Origin: Escherichia phage KK4
Strand: one strand, 5' to 3'
Length of the DNA stretch: 64,000 nucleotides
Sequence record: OR327750.1
The position numbers and the translations under genes were made by a program. Position 1 is the stretch's first letter; every line of letters begins with the position of its first letter. This document shows, in pieces, positions 26,238-36,034 of this stretch. The notes below the pieces were generated by a model. That model was given only the letters and a program-made list of their open reading frames with translations. It made no database searches and was not told where the DNA came from.

Positions 26238-26313
26238 TGGGGTGACCGATGGGAGTCGAACCCATGACTACGAGAATCACAATCTCGAGTTCTACCAACT
26301 GAACTACGGCCAC
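26238..26313 (-). tRNA. tRNA-His (anticodon GUG)
   Basis: Manual cloverleaf: anticodon loop TTGTGAT, discriminator C73, encoded CCA; position -1 is not G. Confidence 0.7.
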
Positions 26314-26426
26314 ATTAATACCTACTCCAACAATCAAGATGTCTTCACACGAAATTAAGAGAAGAGTGATCAGTTCAACCCTATAATCGCGTCAAGTAGA
26401 TATTAATGTGACAGTTGTCACAAATT

Positions 26427-26501
26427 TGGCGGACGTGATAGGATTCGAACCTATAACCAATCGCTTAACAGGCGATCGCTCTGCCATTGAGCTACACATC
26501 C
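26427..26501 (-). tRNA. tRNA-Asn (anticodon GUU)
   Basis: Manual cloverleaf: anticodon loop CTGTTAA, T-loop TTCGAAT, encoded CCA. Confidence 0.75.
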
Positions 26502-26505
26502 AAAT

Positions 26506-26592
26506 TGGTGGGGAGTGATGGAGTCGAACCACCCGAGTCGCAATGACAATGGATTTACAGTCCACACCGCTACCTCTACGGGATAACTCCCC
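26506..26592 (-). tRNA. tRNA-Tyr (anticodon GUA), type II with long variable arm
   Basis: Manual cloverleaf: anticodon loop CTGTAAA, 87 nt, encoded CCA. Confidence 0.7.
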
Positions 26593-26605
26593 TTAATTCT
26601 TAATT

Positions 26606-26680
26606 TGGTGGCCCTGGGTGGAATTGAACCACCATCTGGCGATTATGAGTCGCTTGCTTGAACCTTCCAGCTACAGGGCC
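26606..26680 (-). tRNA. tRNA with CAU anticodon (Met, or Ile2-type AUA reader)
   Basis: Manual cloverleaf: anticodon loop CTCATAA, T-loop TTCAATT, encoded CCA. Confidence 0.7.
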
Positions 26681-26681
26681 T

Positions 26682-26757
26682 TGGTGCTGATTGACGGAAT
26701 CGAACCGCCGACCTTCTCATTACAAGTGAGTTGCTCTACCTACTAAGCTAAATCAGC
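26682..26757 (-). tRNA. tRNA-Thr (anticodon UGU)
   Basis: Manual cloverleaf: anticodon loop CTTGTAA, perfect 7-bp acceptor, encoded CCA. Confidence 0.8.
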
Positions 26758-26762
26758 AAAAC

Positions 26763-26852
26763 TGGCGGAGGCGATAGGATTTGAACCTATGAGTCGCCGG
26801 AGCGACTGCCGGTTTTCAAGACCGGTGCATTAAACCACTCTGCCACGCCTCC
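26763..26852 (-). tRNA. tRNA-Ser (anticodon UGA), type II
   Basis: Manual cloverleaf: anticodon loop CTTGAAA, long variable arm, encoded CCA. Confidence 0.8.
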
Positions 26853-26854
26853 AG

Positions 26855-26928
26855 TCTCCATACAAGGATTTGAACCTTGGACCTCCTGATCCCAAATCAG
26901 GCGCTCTACCAAACTGAGCTACACGGAG
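26855..26928 (-). tRNA. tRNA-Pro (anticodon UGG), CCA not encoded
   Basis: Manual cloverleaf: anticodon loop TTTGGGA; 3-prime end abuts tRNA-Ser by 2 nt (dimeric precursor arrangement as in T4). Confidence 0.8.
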
Positions 26929-26938
26929 TAAATTAAAT

Positions 26939-27012
<74 letters not shown>

Positions 27013-27017
27013 AAATT

Positions 27018-27104
27018 TGGTGCGAGAAGTGGGACTCGAACCCACAAGGAAATCATTCCGCAGCATTTTAAGTGCTGTGCCTTTACCAATTTGACCATTC
27101 TCGC
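27018..27104 (-). tRNA. tRNA-Leu (anticodon UAA), type II
   Basis: Manual cloverleaf: anticodon loop CTTAAAA, long variable arm, encoded CCA. Confidence 0.8.
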
Positions 27105-27105
27105 G

Positions 27106-27178
27106 CTGGGAATAAAGGACTCGAACCTTTGCATCCTGGAATCAAAATCCAGTGCCTTACCAACTTGGCTAATTCCCA
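27106..27178 (-). tRNA. tRNA-Gln (anticodon UUG), CCA not encoded
   Basis: Manual cloverleaf: anticodon loop TTTTGAT; abuts tRNA-Leu (Gln-Leu dimeric arrangement as in T4). Confidence 0.8.
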
Positions 27179-27275
27179 ATTATTAACAAAGGCTCTCAAG
27201 CAAGAACCCTTGATGATAGAGGGTATTAATCAGTGCGATATGAGTTAATAATAACAAATAATTCTTAAAGCATAT

Positions 27276-27563
27276 TTACCATTTATGATAATACATATTT
27301 ACGATGCATTCAAGACCCAAAGGATTCTTGAAAATATCATATTCAAGAGGACCTTTTTCCGTTTCAATAAAGAAATCAAAATTTACTGTATTAAATTTAC
27401 GGTCTTCCTTCACTAATTTAACTTGAGAAGATGAACGATCAATGTAAACCTTTTCAACTTCAAAACATGTTAAAATGCCATAATCATCAATCAAGGCTTT
27501 AGCTGCTTCTTGATCATATTTATATCCATTTTCAATGGATGATACTTTCGCATAAAGAATCAT
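27276..27563 (-). CDS. hypothetical protein, 95 aa
   Basis: Minus ORF upstream of tRNA cluster. Confidence 0.5.
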   Translation of the reverse strand: MILYAKVSSIENGYKYDQEAAKALIDDYGILTCFEVEKVYIDRSSSQVKLVKEDRKFNTVNFDFFIETEKGPLEYDIFKNPLGLECIVNMYYHKW

Positions 27564-27565
27564 TA

Positions 27566-27970
27566 TTAACCTTTATCAACAATAGTATGTGTATGGGCAT
27601 TTACGATTTGCCACCAGTCAAAACTATCGCCAAATCGTTTTGATTTATTGTCTTCAATAATTTGGCGTAATTCATCTTCTGTTTCAGCATACGCAATCAA
27701 ATCATCATATCCACCGCAAGGATAGTAATTATCGCCTGCGAACAAAAGAAAATTTACTTTAGATGGGTCTACATAATAATGCTCTTTAGGATATTTAGTT
27801 CCTTTCCAATCAGTTACTTCAACATAACGATAAGAAAATCCATTTTTACTTTCAACCCAACTCCACGCTTCAAAAGGAGTATTAAAAACTCTATCAGGTA
27901 TTAAATTACCTTCAAAATGAGAAGGATTTGCATAATCCCCAGCATAAACATAATATTCGTTAATATTCAT
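27566..27970 (-). CDS. hypothetical protein, 134 aa (aromatic-rich)
   Basis: ATG start; stop-start coupling to upstream ORF. Confidence 0.5.
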   Translation of the reverse strand: MNINEYYVYAGDYANPSHFEGNLIPDRVFNTPFEAWSWVESKNGFSYRYVEVTDWKGTKYPKEHYYVDPSKVNFLLFAGDNYYPCGGYDDLIAYAETEDELRQIIEDNKSKRFGDSFDWWQIVNAHTHTIVDKG

Positions 27971-28156
27971 TTATTCACCTTTAGAAATTTTATCCATAAC
28001 AATAGCGATTAAACCAATTAAAAATGCTACTACAAGTGAAAAAACATTTTCTGCTGTAGTCAATAATCCGCATATAAATCCAACAAACATTGAAAAACTA
28101 AAAGCGGAAGCAGAAATTGCAATAGCAACATTTCGAATTAATTCACAACGTTTCAT
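27971..28156 (-). CDS. small membrane protein, 61 aa
   Basis: Two hydrophobic segments; GGAG then ATG directly downstream of early promoter cassette. Confidence 0.5.
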   Translation of the reverse strand: MKRCELIRNVAIAISASAFSFSMFVGFICGLLTTAENVFSLVVAFLIGLIAIVMDKISKGE

Positions 28157-28184
28157 TTTATTCTCCTCGGTAGTTGATAGGGTA

Positions 28185-28214
28185 ATAGTATCACAACTAA
28201 AACCCTATGTAAAC
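28185..28214 (-). promoter_or_regulatory. T4-type early promoter cassette
   Basis: GTTTAC-N18-TACTAT upstream of 61-aa membrane protein ORF. Confidence 0.55.
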
Positions 28215-28232
28215 AACTTTGTGAAATATTTA

Positions 28233-28520
28233 TTACAAAAGATTTTTAGCAATAATCTTGAGATGTGCCGCAGAAATGTGTTTAGCTTTAAACAACGCAG
28301 TTTCTTCAGCAGGAGAGATAATGATTGTAGCACCATCCTTTTTAGCAGACCACCCATCACCTAGGTAAACAGTACCTTTGATTTCTTCGCCATCAACCAA
28401 ACTAATCATTGGTTTACCTTCTCGTCCTTTATTTGCTTTAATAACTTCAGAAGTAAGAGTAGCTTCAGTAATAGTAGAAACCGGGGTAGTTGTAGAAGTA
28501 AATTCTTTGAAAGTTTTCAT
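28233..28520 (-). CDS. ipI: internal protein I (capsid-packaged, injected)
   Basis: 95 aa; MKTFKEF... capsid targeting sequence; matches T4 IPI from memory. Confidence 0.85.
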   Translation of the reverse strand: MKTFKEFTSTTTPVSTITEATLTSEVIKANKGREGKPMISLVDGEEIKGTVYLGDGWSAKKDGATIIISPAEETALFKAKHISAAHLKIIAKNLL

Positions 28521-28550
28521 TTTATTTTCCTAATTAATTTTGATGAGATA

Positions 28551-28580
28551 ATAGTATCACTACCTCATCAACGTGTAAAC
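28551..28580 (-). promoter_or_regulatory. early promoter of ipI
   Basis: GTTTAC-N18-TACTAT ~30 nt upstream of ipI ATG. Confidence 0.55.
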
Positions 28581-28592
28581 AACTTTGTGAAA

Positions 28593-29289
<697 letters not shown>

Positions 29290-29290
<1 letters not shown>

Positions 29291-30003
29291 TATAGTACCT
29301 TTAGTGTATTTTTAATTTTAGAAAAAAGTTCTTCAAGAGAACCATCGTTTGTAATTACTAAATCGCCATCACGAATTGGCAATCCAGCTTCTGTAATATG
29401 AGTATCATTGGATTTTTGACCAGGACGAACTACATGAATTACTGTAGCACCCATCGCCCTAGCCGCATCCATTTCATGATCTTGACGAGTATCAGGAACG
29501 ATATAATAATCATAACCTGAGTTAAATTTATCAAGATAATCTAAAGCAAATAATTTTACCCAATACATGCGGTCGAAGTTATTAACAATCAAATCCGTAC
29601 CTAGGGCTTGCATCAGACGACGGACTGACCATTGATCTTCAATATTATTTATAACGTCAGCAATCTTGTTAAATGCTACGAAATTAACTGCGTCATCAAA
29701 AACAAACACACCTTTAATTGGGCTTTTACTATTAAGATAGCAAAATGCTTGTTCCATAATCGTAATTACTTCTAATTTAGTCAGATTTAAATTAGTCTCA
29801 CGATCATAGTCAATTCCTTCAAACTCTTTACGAGTTAAGCAAGGATAGTCAGTGTTTGCTGCAAATACACCCCATGCATAAGCCAATGCATCCTTAATAG
29901 GACCAGCAAGTTGATATTTAACTGCAGAATAATTATTCATGATAAAATCTGCAGTAGTATCTTTTCCACTACGCTTTACACCACTTAAAAAGATTAGTTT
30001 CAT
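29290..30003 (-). CDS. 1: deoxynucleoside monophosphate kinase
   Basis: 237 aa; P-loop GVKRSGKDT; matches T4 gp1 from memory. Confidence 0.9.
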
Positions 30004-30052
30004 ATGTTTCTCCTCAAATTTAGTTAAGATTATAACACATGAAACTGAAGCA

Positions 30053-30583
30053 TTAAACTTCTGCTATAATTTTGCCATCTTTTTCTACTTGAAAATACGT
30101 ATAAGGAATCGTTGCTGTACATACTAAAGCTGGGTCTGAATCTTCCGTGTAGCTAAATTCTACTTCAGACAGGTCAGAAACCCAAGGCTTATAAAAATTT
30201 ATTGACATCACGATTTCAGTTTTACTGTTGTCTAAAATGTAAAGCGTAATGTATTCGGGACCAGTTTTTTGGGCAGTATTTTCGCCTGTAAGATAGTTAC
30301 TAGTTCCTAGCATCCATTCATACATTCCTATCCACGACTTAAGCTCTTCATCAACTATAAATCTCACGATGAGTGGGTCGTACTCAAATGTAACACCTGG
30401 ACGTTGTGCTCGGCCCAGTCCAAACGGCCCAGTCACGGTATCAGTAACAGGTATCCTAATTCCCGGAATAGGAACTGACTGAGCATTTAAAGTAAAAGCA
30501 GATGTAGTATTACTATGTGGTATTGATACTACAAAGTTAGTTGTATTTGCTTGGTTAAAAATTTGTTGCAGTGCTTGCGACAT
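30053..30583 (-). CDS. 3: tail completion / sheath stabilizer protein gp3
   Basis: 176 aa from first ATG (MSQALQQ); ORF-track start is TTG. Confidence 0.75.
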   Translation of the reverse strand: MSQALQQIFNQANTTNFVVSIPHSNTTSAFTLNAQSVPIPGIRIPVTDTVTGPFGLGRAQRPGVTFEYDPLIVRFIVDEELKSWIGMYEWMLGTSNYLTGENTAQKTGPEYITLYILDNSKTEIVMSINFYKPWVSDLSEVEFSYTEDSDPALVCTATIPYTYFQVEKDGKIIAEV

Positions 30584-30689
30584 ATATTCCTCATAATGCT
30601 TTATAACTGTTGGTGGTATAATGGGTCTAAGTCCCTTCCATTCAATTCCATTTAGAACAAACAACAGAAAAGAATGGAAGATAATAGAA

Positions 30690-31514
30690 TTAGATATTTG
30701 ACCAGACTTTGTTTGCAGAGAAACGTTTTCCTTTTGAAACGAACTGCTGAAGTGGCATTAACACAACGTTCGCCCAGTCTTTCGGGGCGATTTCAACAAG
30801 GCTACCCATAATATTACCAGGTATATATGCCTTAATCATTTGGTCTGCACCCCTAAATCCTTTCACTTGACTCCAATCAATTTTTAATTTCGTTTTATTA
30901 GTAATAGTAGGTGTATTTGAATATTGCTTTAAAAGCTCTTCTAGGAATTGCTGGCGAGCTTTAGGTGGAATATAGTGCAAGTTCAATCCGTACATTAAAT
31001 TATGCTTACCTAAACCAAGGTAAATTATCAAAGGAAATTTATCCCAGTAAGGAAGAGTTTCCTTGTGTTTAGCATCATAAGCAAAAGCATATATTCGTCC
31101 CGGCTGCGGGCGAACAACTTTATGTCCTTTTACTTGCTTAATAGTTTCAGCAAACCACTTTCTGGTTTTATTATTAATTGCTGCGCCTTCATTACGAATT
31201 TTATCGCGCAATGTTTGTCTGAATGAATTTATCATAAGCAGTTGTCTTTCTTGCTTATTGAGTTTATTCATTGGTTTTGATTCAAGCTTTTGAATCTTTT
31301 CAGCCGTTTTAATTCCTGAAGCATATTTTGACATTGCTGAAGTAAACGTAGAGTATTTGATTCCTCTTTCTTCAGCAAATTGCTTTCCGGTCATTCCTTT
31401 TGCTTTGGCCTTTTTATATTCAAGACCTATCTGAATCCATTTCTTTTCGTTTAATGATTGCTTAACCTTTGGAACTTGGGGAGTGCTTTCATTAATTATT
31501 TGAAAAATAGCCAT
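30690..31514 (-). CDS. 2: DNA end protector protein gp2
   Basis: 274 aa, same length and position as T4 gp2. Confidence 0.8.
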   Translation of the reverse strand: MAIFQIINESTPQVPKVKQSLNEKKWIQIGLEYKKAKAKGMTGKQFAEERGIKYSTFTSAMSKYASGIKTAEKIQKLESKPMNKLNKQERQLLMINSFRQTLRDKIRNEGAAINNKTRKWFAETIKQVKGHKVVRPQPGRIYAFAYDAKHKETLPYWDKFPLIIYLGLGKHNLMYGLNLHYIPPKARQQFLEELLKQYSNTPTITNKTKLKIDWSQVKGFRGADQMIKAYIPGNIMGSLVEIAPKDWANVVLMPLQQFVSKGKRFSANKVWSNI

Positions 31515-31966
31515 TATGCCCCCTTAAAGCCAAGAGCTCGTAATCCATCTTCTGTTAAAATTCTAAATTTTATTCCACGCTTTTCAGCTAAAGCTTGAGC
31601 TGCTTTCCATTTGTCAGTATTAACGGAATATGTATAAATTTCATTCATAAATCTTTTCTTCGCTGCAGTTGTTAGATGTGCTGGTTTAACTGGTGGTTGT
31701 GTTTCTTTTTTAGGTTTTATTTCAATAAAAAATTCTTGTCCAGAAGAATCTTTCATCCAAATATCCATGAAGTATCTACGTTTTTTCCCTTCTGCATTAC
31801 AAAAATAAGGAATTACTGCTGTTTCACTACCCCATGCAATAATTTCTGGATTTTTATCTAACCATTCAAAAAAGAATTTTTCCCAATTTGATCTATACGT
31901 AATTTTTTTAGGGTCACCTCTATACTTTGATATATTTTTAGGAACCCATTTTCCAGAATATGCCAT
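31514..31966 (-). CDS. 4: head completion protein gp4
   Basis: 150 aa; divergent from gene 53 with late promoter upstream. Confidence 0.85.
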   Translation of the reverse strand: MAYSGKWVPKNISKYRGDPKKITYRSNWEKFFFEWLDKNPEIIAWGSETAVIPYFCNAEGKKRRYFMDIWMKDSSGQEFFIEIKPKKETQPPVKPAHLTTAAKKRFMNEIYTYSVNTDKWKAAQALAEKRGIKFRILTEDGLRALGFKGA

Positions 31967-31977
31967 TGGATTCTCCT

Positions 31978-32000
31978 TATAAATAGATAATATATTTATA
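31978..32000. promoter_or_regulatory. divergent overlapping late promoters for gene 53 (plus) and gene 4 (minus)
   Basis: Plus TATAAATA 31978-31985 and minus TATAAATA 31993-32000 in the 47-bp intergenic region. Confidence 0.65.
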
Positions 32001-32013
32001 AACAGGAGGGCCC

Positions 32014-32604
32014 ATGCTCTTTACATTTTTTGATCCGATTGAATATGCGGCCAAAACGGTGAATAAAAACGCGCCGACTATTCCTATGACAGATATTTTT
32101 AGAAACTATAAAGACTATTTTAAACGCGCTCTTGCGGGATACCGCTTACGTACTTATTATATCAAAGGTTCACCACGCCCGGAAGAATTAGCAAATACTA
32201 TATATGGAAATCCACAGTTGTATTGGGTTTTATTGATGTGTAATGATAATTATGACCCGTATTATGGATGGATTACTTCACAAGAAGCTGCTTATCAAGC
32301 ATCTATACAAAAATACAAAAATGTGGGTGGAGACCAAATAGTATATCATGTGAATGAGAACGGTGAAAAATTTTATAATTTAATATCATATGATGATAAT
32401 CCATATGTTTGGTATGATAAAGGCGATAAAGCTAGAAAATATCCTCAATATGAAGGAGCACTTGCTGCGGTAGATACGTATGAAGCGGCTGTTCTTGAAA
32501 ATGAAAAACTTCGTCAAATAAAAATAATAGCAAAATCAGACATCAATTCATTTATGAACGACCTTATACGTATAATGGAGAAATCTTATGGAAATGATAA
32601 GTAA
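32014..32604 (+). CDS. 53: baseplate wedge protein gp53
   Basis: 196 aa; late promoter and Shine-Dalgarno upstream. Confidence 0.9.
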   Translation: MLFTFFDPIEYAAKTVNKNAPTIPMTDIFRNYKDYFKRALAGYRLRTYYIKGSPRPEELANTIYGNPQLYWVLLMCNDNYDPYYGWITSQEAAYQASIQKYKNVGGDQIVYHVNENGEKFYNLISYDDNPYVWYDKGDKARKYPQYEGALAAVDTYEAAVLENEKLRQIKIIAKSDINSFMNDLIRIMEKSYGNDK

Positions 32605-34318
32605 TAACCTTAATTGGTTTGTCGGTGTTGTTGAAGATAGAATGGACCCATTAAAATTAGGTCGTGTTCGCGTTCGTGTGGTTGGTCTGCATCCACCTCA
32701 AAGAGCACAAGGTGATGTAATGGGTATTCCAACTGAAAAATTACCATGGATGTCAGTTATTCAACCTATAACTTCTGCAGCAATGTCAGGAATTGGAGGT
32801 TCTGTTACTGGACCGGTAGAAGGAACTAGAGTTTATGGTCATTTTTTAGACAAATGGAAAACTAACGGAATTGTCCTTGGCACGTATGGCGGAATAGTTC
32901 GCGAAAAACCGAATAGACTTGAAGGATTTTCTGACCCAACTGGGCAATATCCTAGACGTCTAGGAAATGATACTAACGTATTAAACCAAGGCGGAGAAGT
33001 AGGATATGATTCCTCTTCTAACGTTATTCAAGATAGTAACTTAGACACCGCAATAAATCCCGATGATAGACCACTATCAGAGATTCCAACCGATGATAAT
33101 CCAAATATGTCAATGGCTGAAATGCTTCGCCGTGATGAAGGATTAAGATTAAAAGTTTATTGGGATACTGAAGGATATCCGACAATTGGCATTGGCCATC
33201 TTATCATGAAGCAGCCAGTTCGTGATATGACTCAAATTAATAAAGTTTTATCAAAACAAGTTGGTCGTGAAATTACCGGAAATCCAGGTTCTATTACAAT
33301 GGAAGAAGCGGTAACTTTATTTGAACGTGATTTAGCTGATATGCAACGCGACATTAAATCGCATTCTAAAGTTGGCCCAGTTTGGCAGGCAGTTAATCGT
33401 TCTCGTCAAATGGCATTAGAAAATATGGCATTTCAGATGGGTGTTGGCGGTGTAGCTAAATTTAACACAATGTTAACTGCTATGTTAGCCGGAGATTGGG
33501 AAAAAGCATATAAAGCTGGTCGTGATTCATTGTGGTATCAACAAACAAAAGGCCGTGCATCCCGTGTTACCATGATTATTCTTACAGGGAATTTGGAATC
33601 ATACGGTATTGAAGTGAAAACACCGGCTAGGTCTTTGTCAGCAATGGCTGCTACTGTGGCAAAGTCTTCTGATCCAGCTGACCCTCCTATTCCGAATGAT
33701 TCGAGAATTTTATTTAAAGAACCTGTTTCTTCATATAAAGGTGAATATCCGTATGTTCACACAATGGAAACTGAAAGCGGTCATATTCAGGAATTTGACG
33801 ATACCCCGGGACAAGAACGATACAGATTAGTTCATCCGACTGGAACATATGAGGAAGTATCACCGTCAGGAAGAAGAACAAGAAAAACTGTTGATAATTT
33901 GTATGATATAACAAATGCTGATGGTAATTTTTTGGTAGCTGGCGATAAAAAGACTAACGTCGGTGGGTCAGAAATTTATTACAACATGGATAATCGTCTC
34001 CACCAAATAGATGGAAGCAATACAATATTTGTACGTGGCGATGAAACTAAGACAGTTGAAGGTAATGGAACTATCCTAGTCAAAGGTAATGTTACTATTG
34101 TAGTTGAAGGTAATGCTGACATTACAGTTAAAGGAGATGCTACCACTTTAGTTGAAGGAAATCAAACTAACACAGTAAATGGAAATCTTTCTTGGAAAGT
34201 TGCTGGGACAGTTGATTGGGACGTTGGTGGTGATTGGACAGAAAAAATGGCATCTATGAGTTCTATTTCATCTGGTCAATACACAATTGATGGTAGCCGT
34301 ATAGACGTAGGTTTATAA
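32588..34318 (+). CDS. 5: baseplate hub subunit and tail lysozyme gp5
   Basis: 576 aa; OB-fold N-terminus, internal lysozyme domain MAEMLRRDEGLRLKVYWDTEGYPTIGIGHL, C-terminal VxGxxxxx beta-helix repeats. Confidence 0.95.
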   Translation: MEMISNNLNWFVGVVEDRMDPLKLGRVRVRVVGLHPPQRAQGDVMGIPTEKLPWMSVIQPITSAAMSGIGGSVTGPVEGTRVYGHFLDKWKTNGIVLGTYGGIVREKPNRLEGFSDPTGQYPRRLGNDTNVLNQGGEVGYDSSSNVIQDSNLDTAINPDDRPLSEIPTDDNPNMSMAEMLRRDEGLRLKVYWDTEGYPTIGIGHLIMKQPVRDMTQINKVLSKQVGREITGNPGSITMEEAVTLFERDLADMQRDIKSHSKVGPVWQAVNRSRQMALENMAFQMGVGGVAKFNTMLTAMLAGDWEKAYKAGRDSLWYQQTKGRASRVTMIILTGNLESYGIEVKTPARSLSAMAATVAKSSDPADPPIPNDSRILFKEPVSSYKGEYPYVHTMETESGHIQEFDDTPGQERYRLVHPTGTYEEVSPSGRRTRKTVDNLYDITNADGNFLVAGDKKTNVGGSEIYYNMDNRLHQIDGSNTIFVRGDETKTVEGNGTILVKGNVTIVVEGNADITVKGDATTLVEGNQTNTVNGNLSWKVAGTVDWDVGGDWTEKMASMSSISSGQYTIDGSRIDVGL

Positions 34319-34336
34319 ATAATTCAGAGGTGAATT

Positions 34337-35203
34337 ATGAAAAAATCTAACACAGTTCAATTTAGATACATATATAAAACAACCGTTACTAATCCGAAAG
34401 GATTAGTACGTGTTTATATTGGTAAACATGAATCTAGATATTTTGATTTAGAAAATGACAAGTATATAGGTTCCGGTGATTATATTAAAAAGATACGCAA
34501 TAAACCTGGTTATAAAATAGATTTTGAAATAATTGAATTTGTTTCTACTTATGAAATTCTTAATTTAAGAGAAAGGTATTGGATTTCGAAATATAAATCA
34601 TCTGACATTCTATGTACCAATATAAAATCCGGCGGTGATGGTTTTTCATCCGAAGATTTGAAGAGAATGTGGTCTAATCCTGAATATAGGAAAGCTCAAT
34701 TGAAGGCATTAGCTAAATCAACGTCAACTAAAGAATTTTCAGAGAAAATATCTAAAATAAACAAAGAAAGATGCGCATCACCAGAATATCGAAAGAAAAT
34801 GAGTAATGCGATGAAAACTGCTTTTGAAAATGATCCAACATTAAAAATTCGTATTTCTAATACTGTTAAATCTTTATGGAAATCCGATGAATACAGAAAC
34901 AAATTAATCAATCATCCAGGAAAAATAGAAGGAACTAAACAATCATGGAATGATCCTTTGATAAGAAAATCGAGATTAGATGCTAGAAATAAAAAACTAA
35001 GATCAGTTGAACCTTGGATTAGTATAGAAAAAGTCAAAAAACTTTGGGAGGATTTGGGAAAACCACATCCGCAGAAATACAAATGGTTTAGAGAAAAAGC
35101 AATTGAACGTGATCTCCCGGATGTAAGTTATAACGCAATTTTAAAAGCGTTGAAAAAATGTGATTATAAATTTACATCATTAGAGAATTCAACAATTGGC
35201 TAA
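34337..35203 (+). CDS. GIY-YIG family homing endonuclease (Seg-like), 288 aa
   Basis: N-terminal FRYIYKTTV...VYIGK...RERYWISKY GIY-YIG module; repeated W.NPEYR-type motifs; between gene 5 and gene 6. Confidence 0.75.
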   Translation: MKKSNTVQFRYIYKTTVTNPKGLVRVYIGKHESRYFDLENDKYIGSGDYIKKIRNKPGYKIDFEIIEFVSTYEILNLRERYWISKYKSSDILCTNIKSGGDGFSSEDLKRMWSNPEYRKAQLKALAKSTSTKEFSEKISKINKERCASPEYRKKMSNAMKTAFENDPTLKIRISNTVKSLWKSDEYRNKLINHPGKIEGTKQSWNDPLIRKSRLDARNKKLRSVEPWISIEKVKKLWEDLGKPHPQKYKWFREKAIERDLPDVSYNAILKALKKCDYKFTSLENSTIG

Positions 35204-35213
35204 TATACTTCCA

Positions 35214-35732
35214 ATGAGCGCTGATTTAGGAGAATCCATGGAAGGTTCTTCTATCGACGTCACCTTTACCGCTCAATTAGAAACAGGTGAAACGTTAGTA
35301 TCTATAAATATAACTAGTTACGAAGAAACTCCTGGGGTTTTAGTAGAAGAAAATCGCTTATATGGAACATATGAATCTGTGTTTGGATTTGGAAATGACG
35401 CGTTGAAATATCGTTTAGGCGATGAATTTAAAACTGCTGCTTCATGGGAAGAACTTCCTACTGATTCTGATACTCAGTTGTATTTGTGGAAAGCTCCTCA
35501 AAATCTCCAGAAGACATTCACTTACGAAGTAACATTAATATATGACTACCAAGAACAAAGTGAATCTGGAGGTTCTGGCAGTAATTCTAGATCATCTTCT
35601 GATACTACTGAACCGACAGATCCTCCTGCTCCAGTAAGAAAAACTCTAGTTAAAAATTACACAAAAACTATAGTTGGAAATTGGAGTCGTTGGGCTAATA
35701 AATTAAGAAGCTATGTGTATGAGAGGCAATAA
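35214..35732 (+). CDS. hypothetical protein (gene 5.1 position), ~172 aa from first ATG
   Basis: ORF-track start is TTG; acidic Ser/Gly-rich C-terminal half. Confidence 0.5.
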
Positions 35733-36026
35733 ATGTCAGGATTGAGTTATGATAAGTGTGTTACTGCTGGCCATGAAGCGTGGCCTCCAACAGTTGTGAA
35801 TGCTACGCAAAGTAAAGTATTCACTGGAGGAATTGCTGTTCTAGTAGCAGGCGATCCAATTACAGAACATACAGAAATTAAAAAGCCATATGAAACACAT
35901 GGCGGAGTGACACAACCTAGAACTTCTAAGGTATATGTCACTGGAAAGAAAGCTGTTCAAATGGCTGATCCAATATCATGTGGTGATACTGTGGCTCAGG
36001 CATCATCTAAAGTATTCATTAAATAG
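35733..36026 (+). CDS. 5.4: PAAR-repeat spike-tip protein gp5.4
   Basis: 97 aa; position directly upstream of gene 6. Confidence 0.75.
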
Positions 36027-36034
36027 GATTTAAA

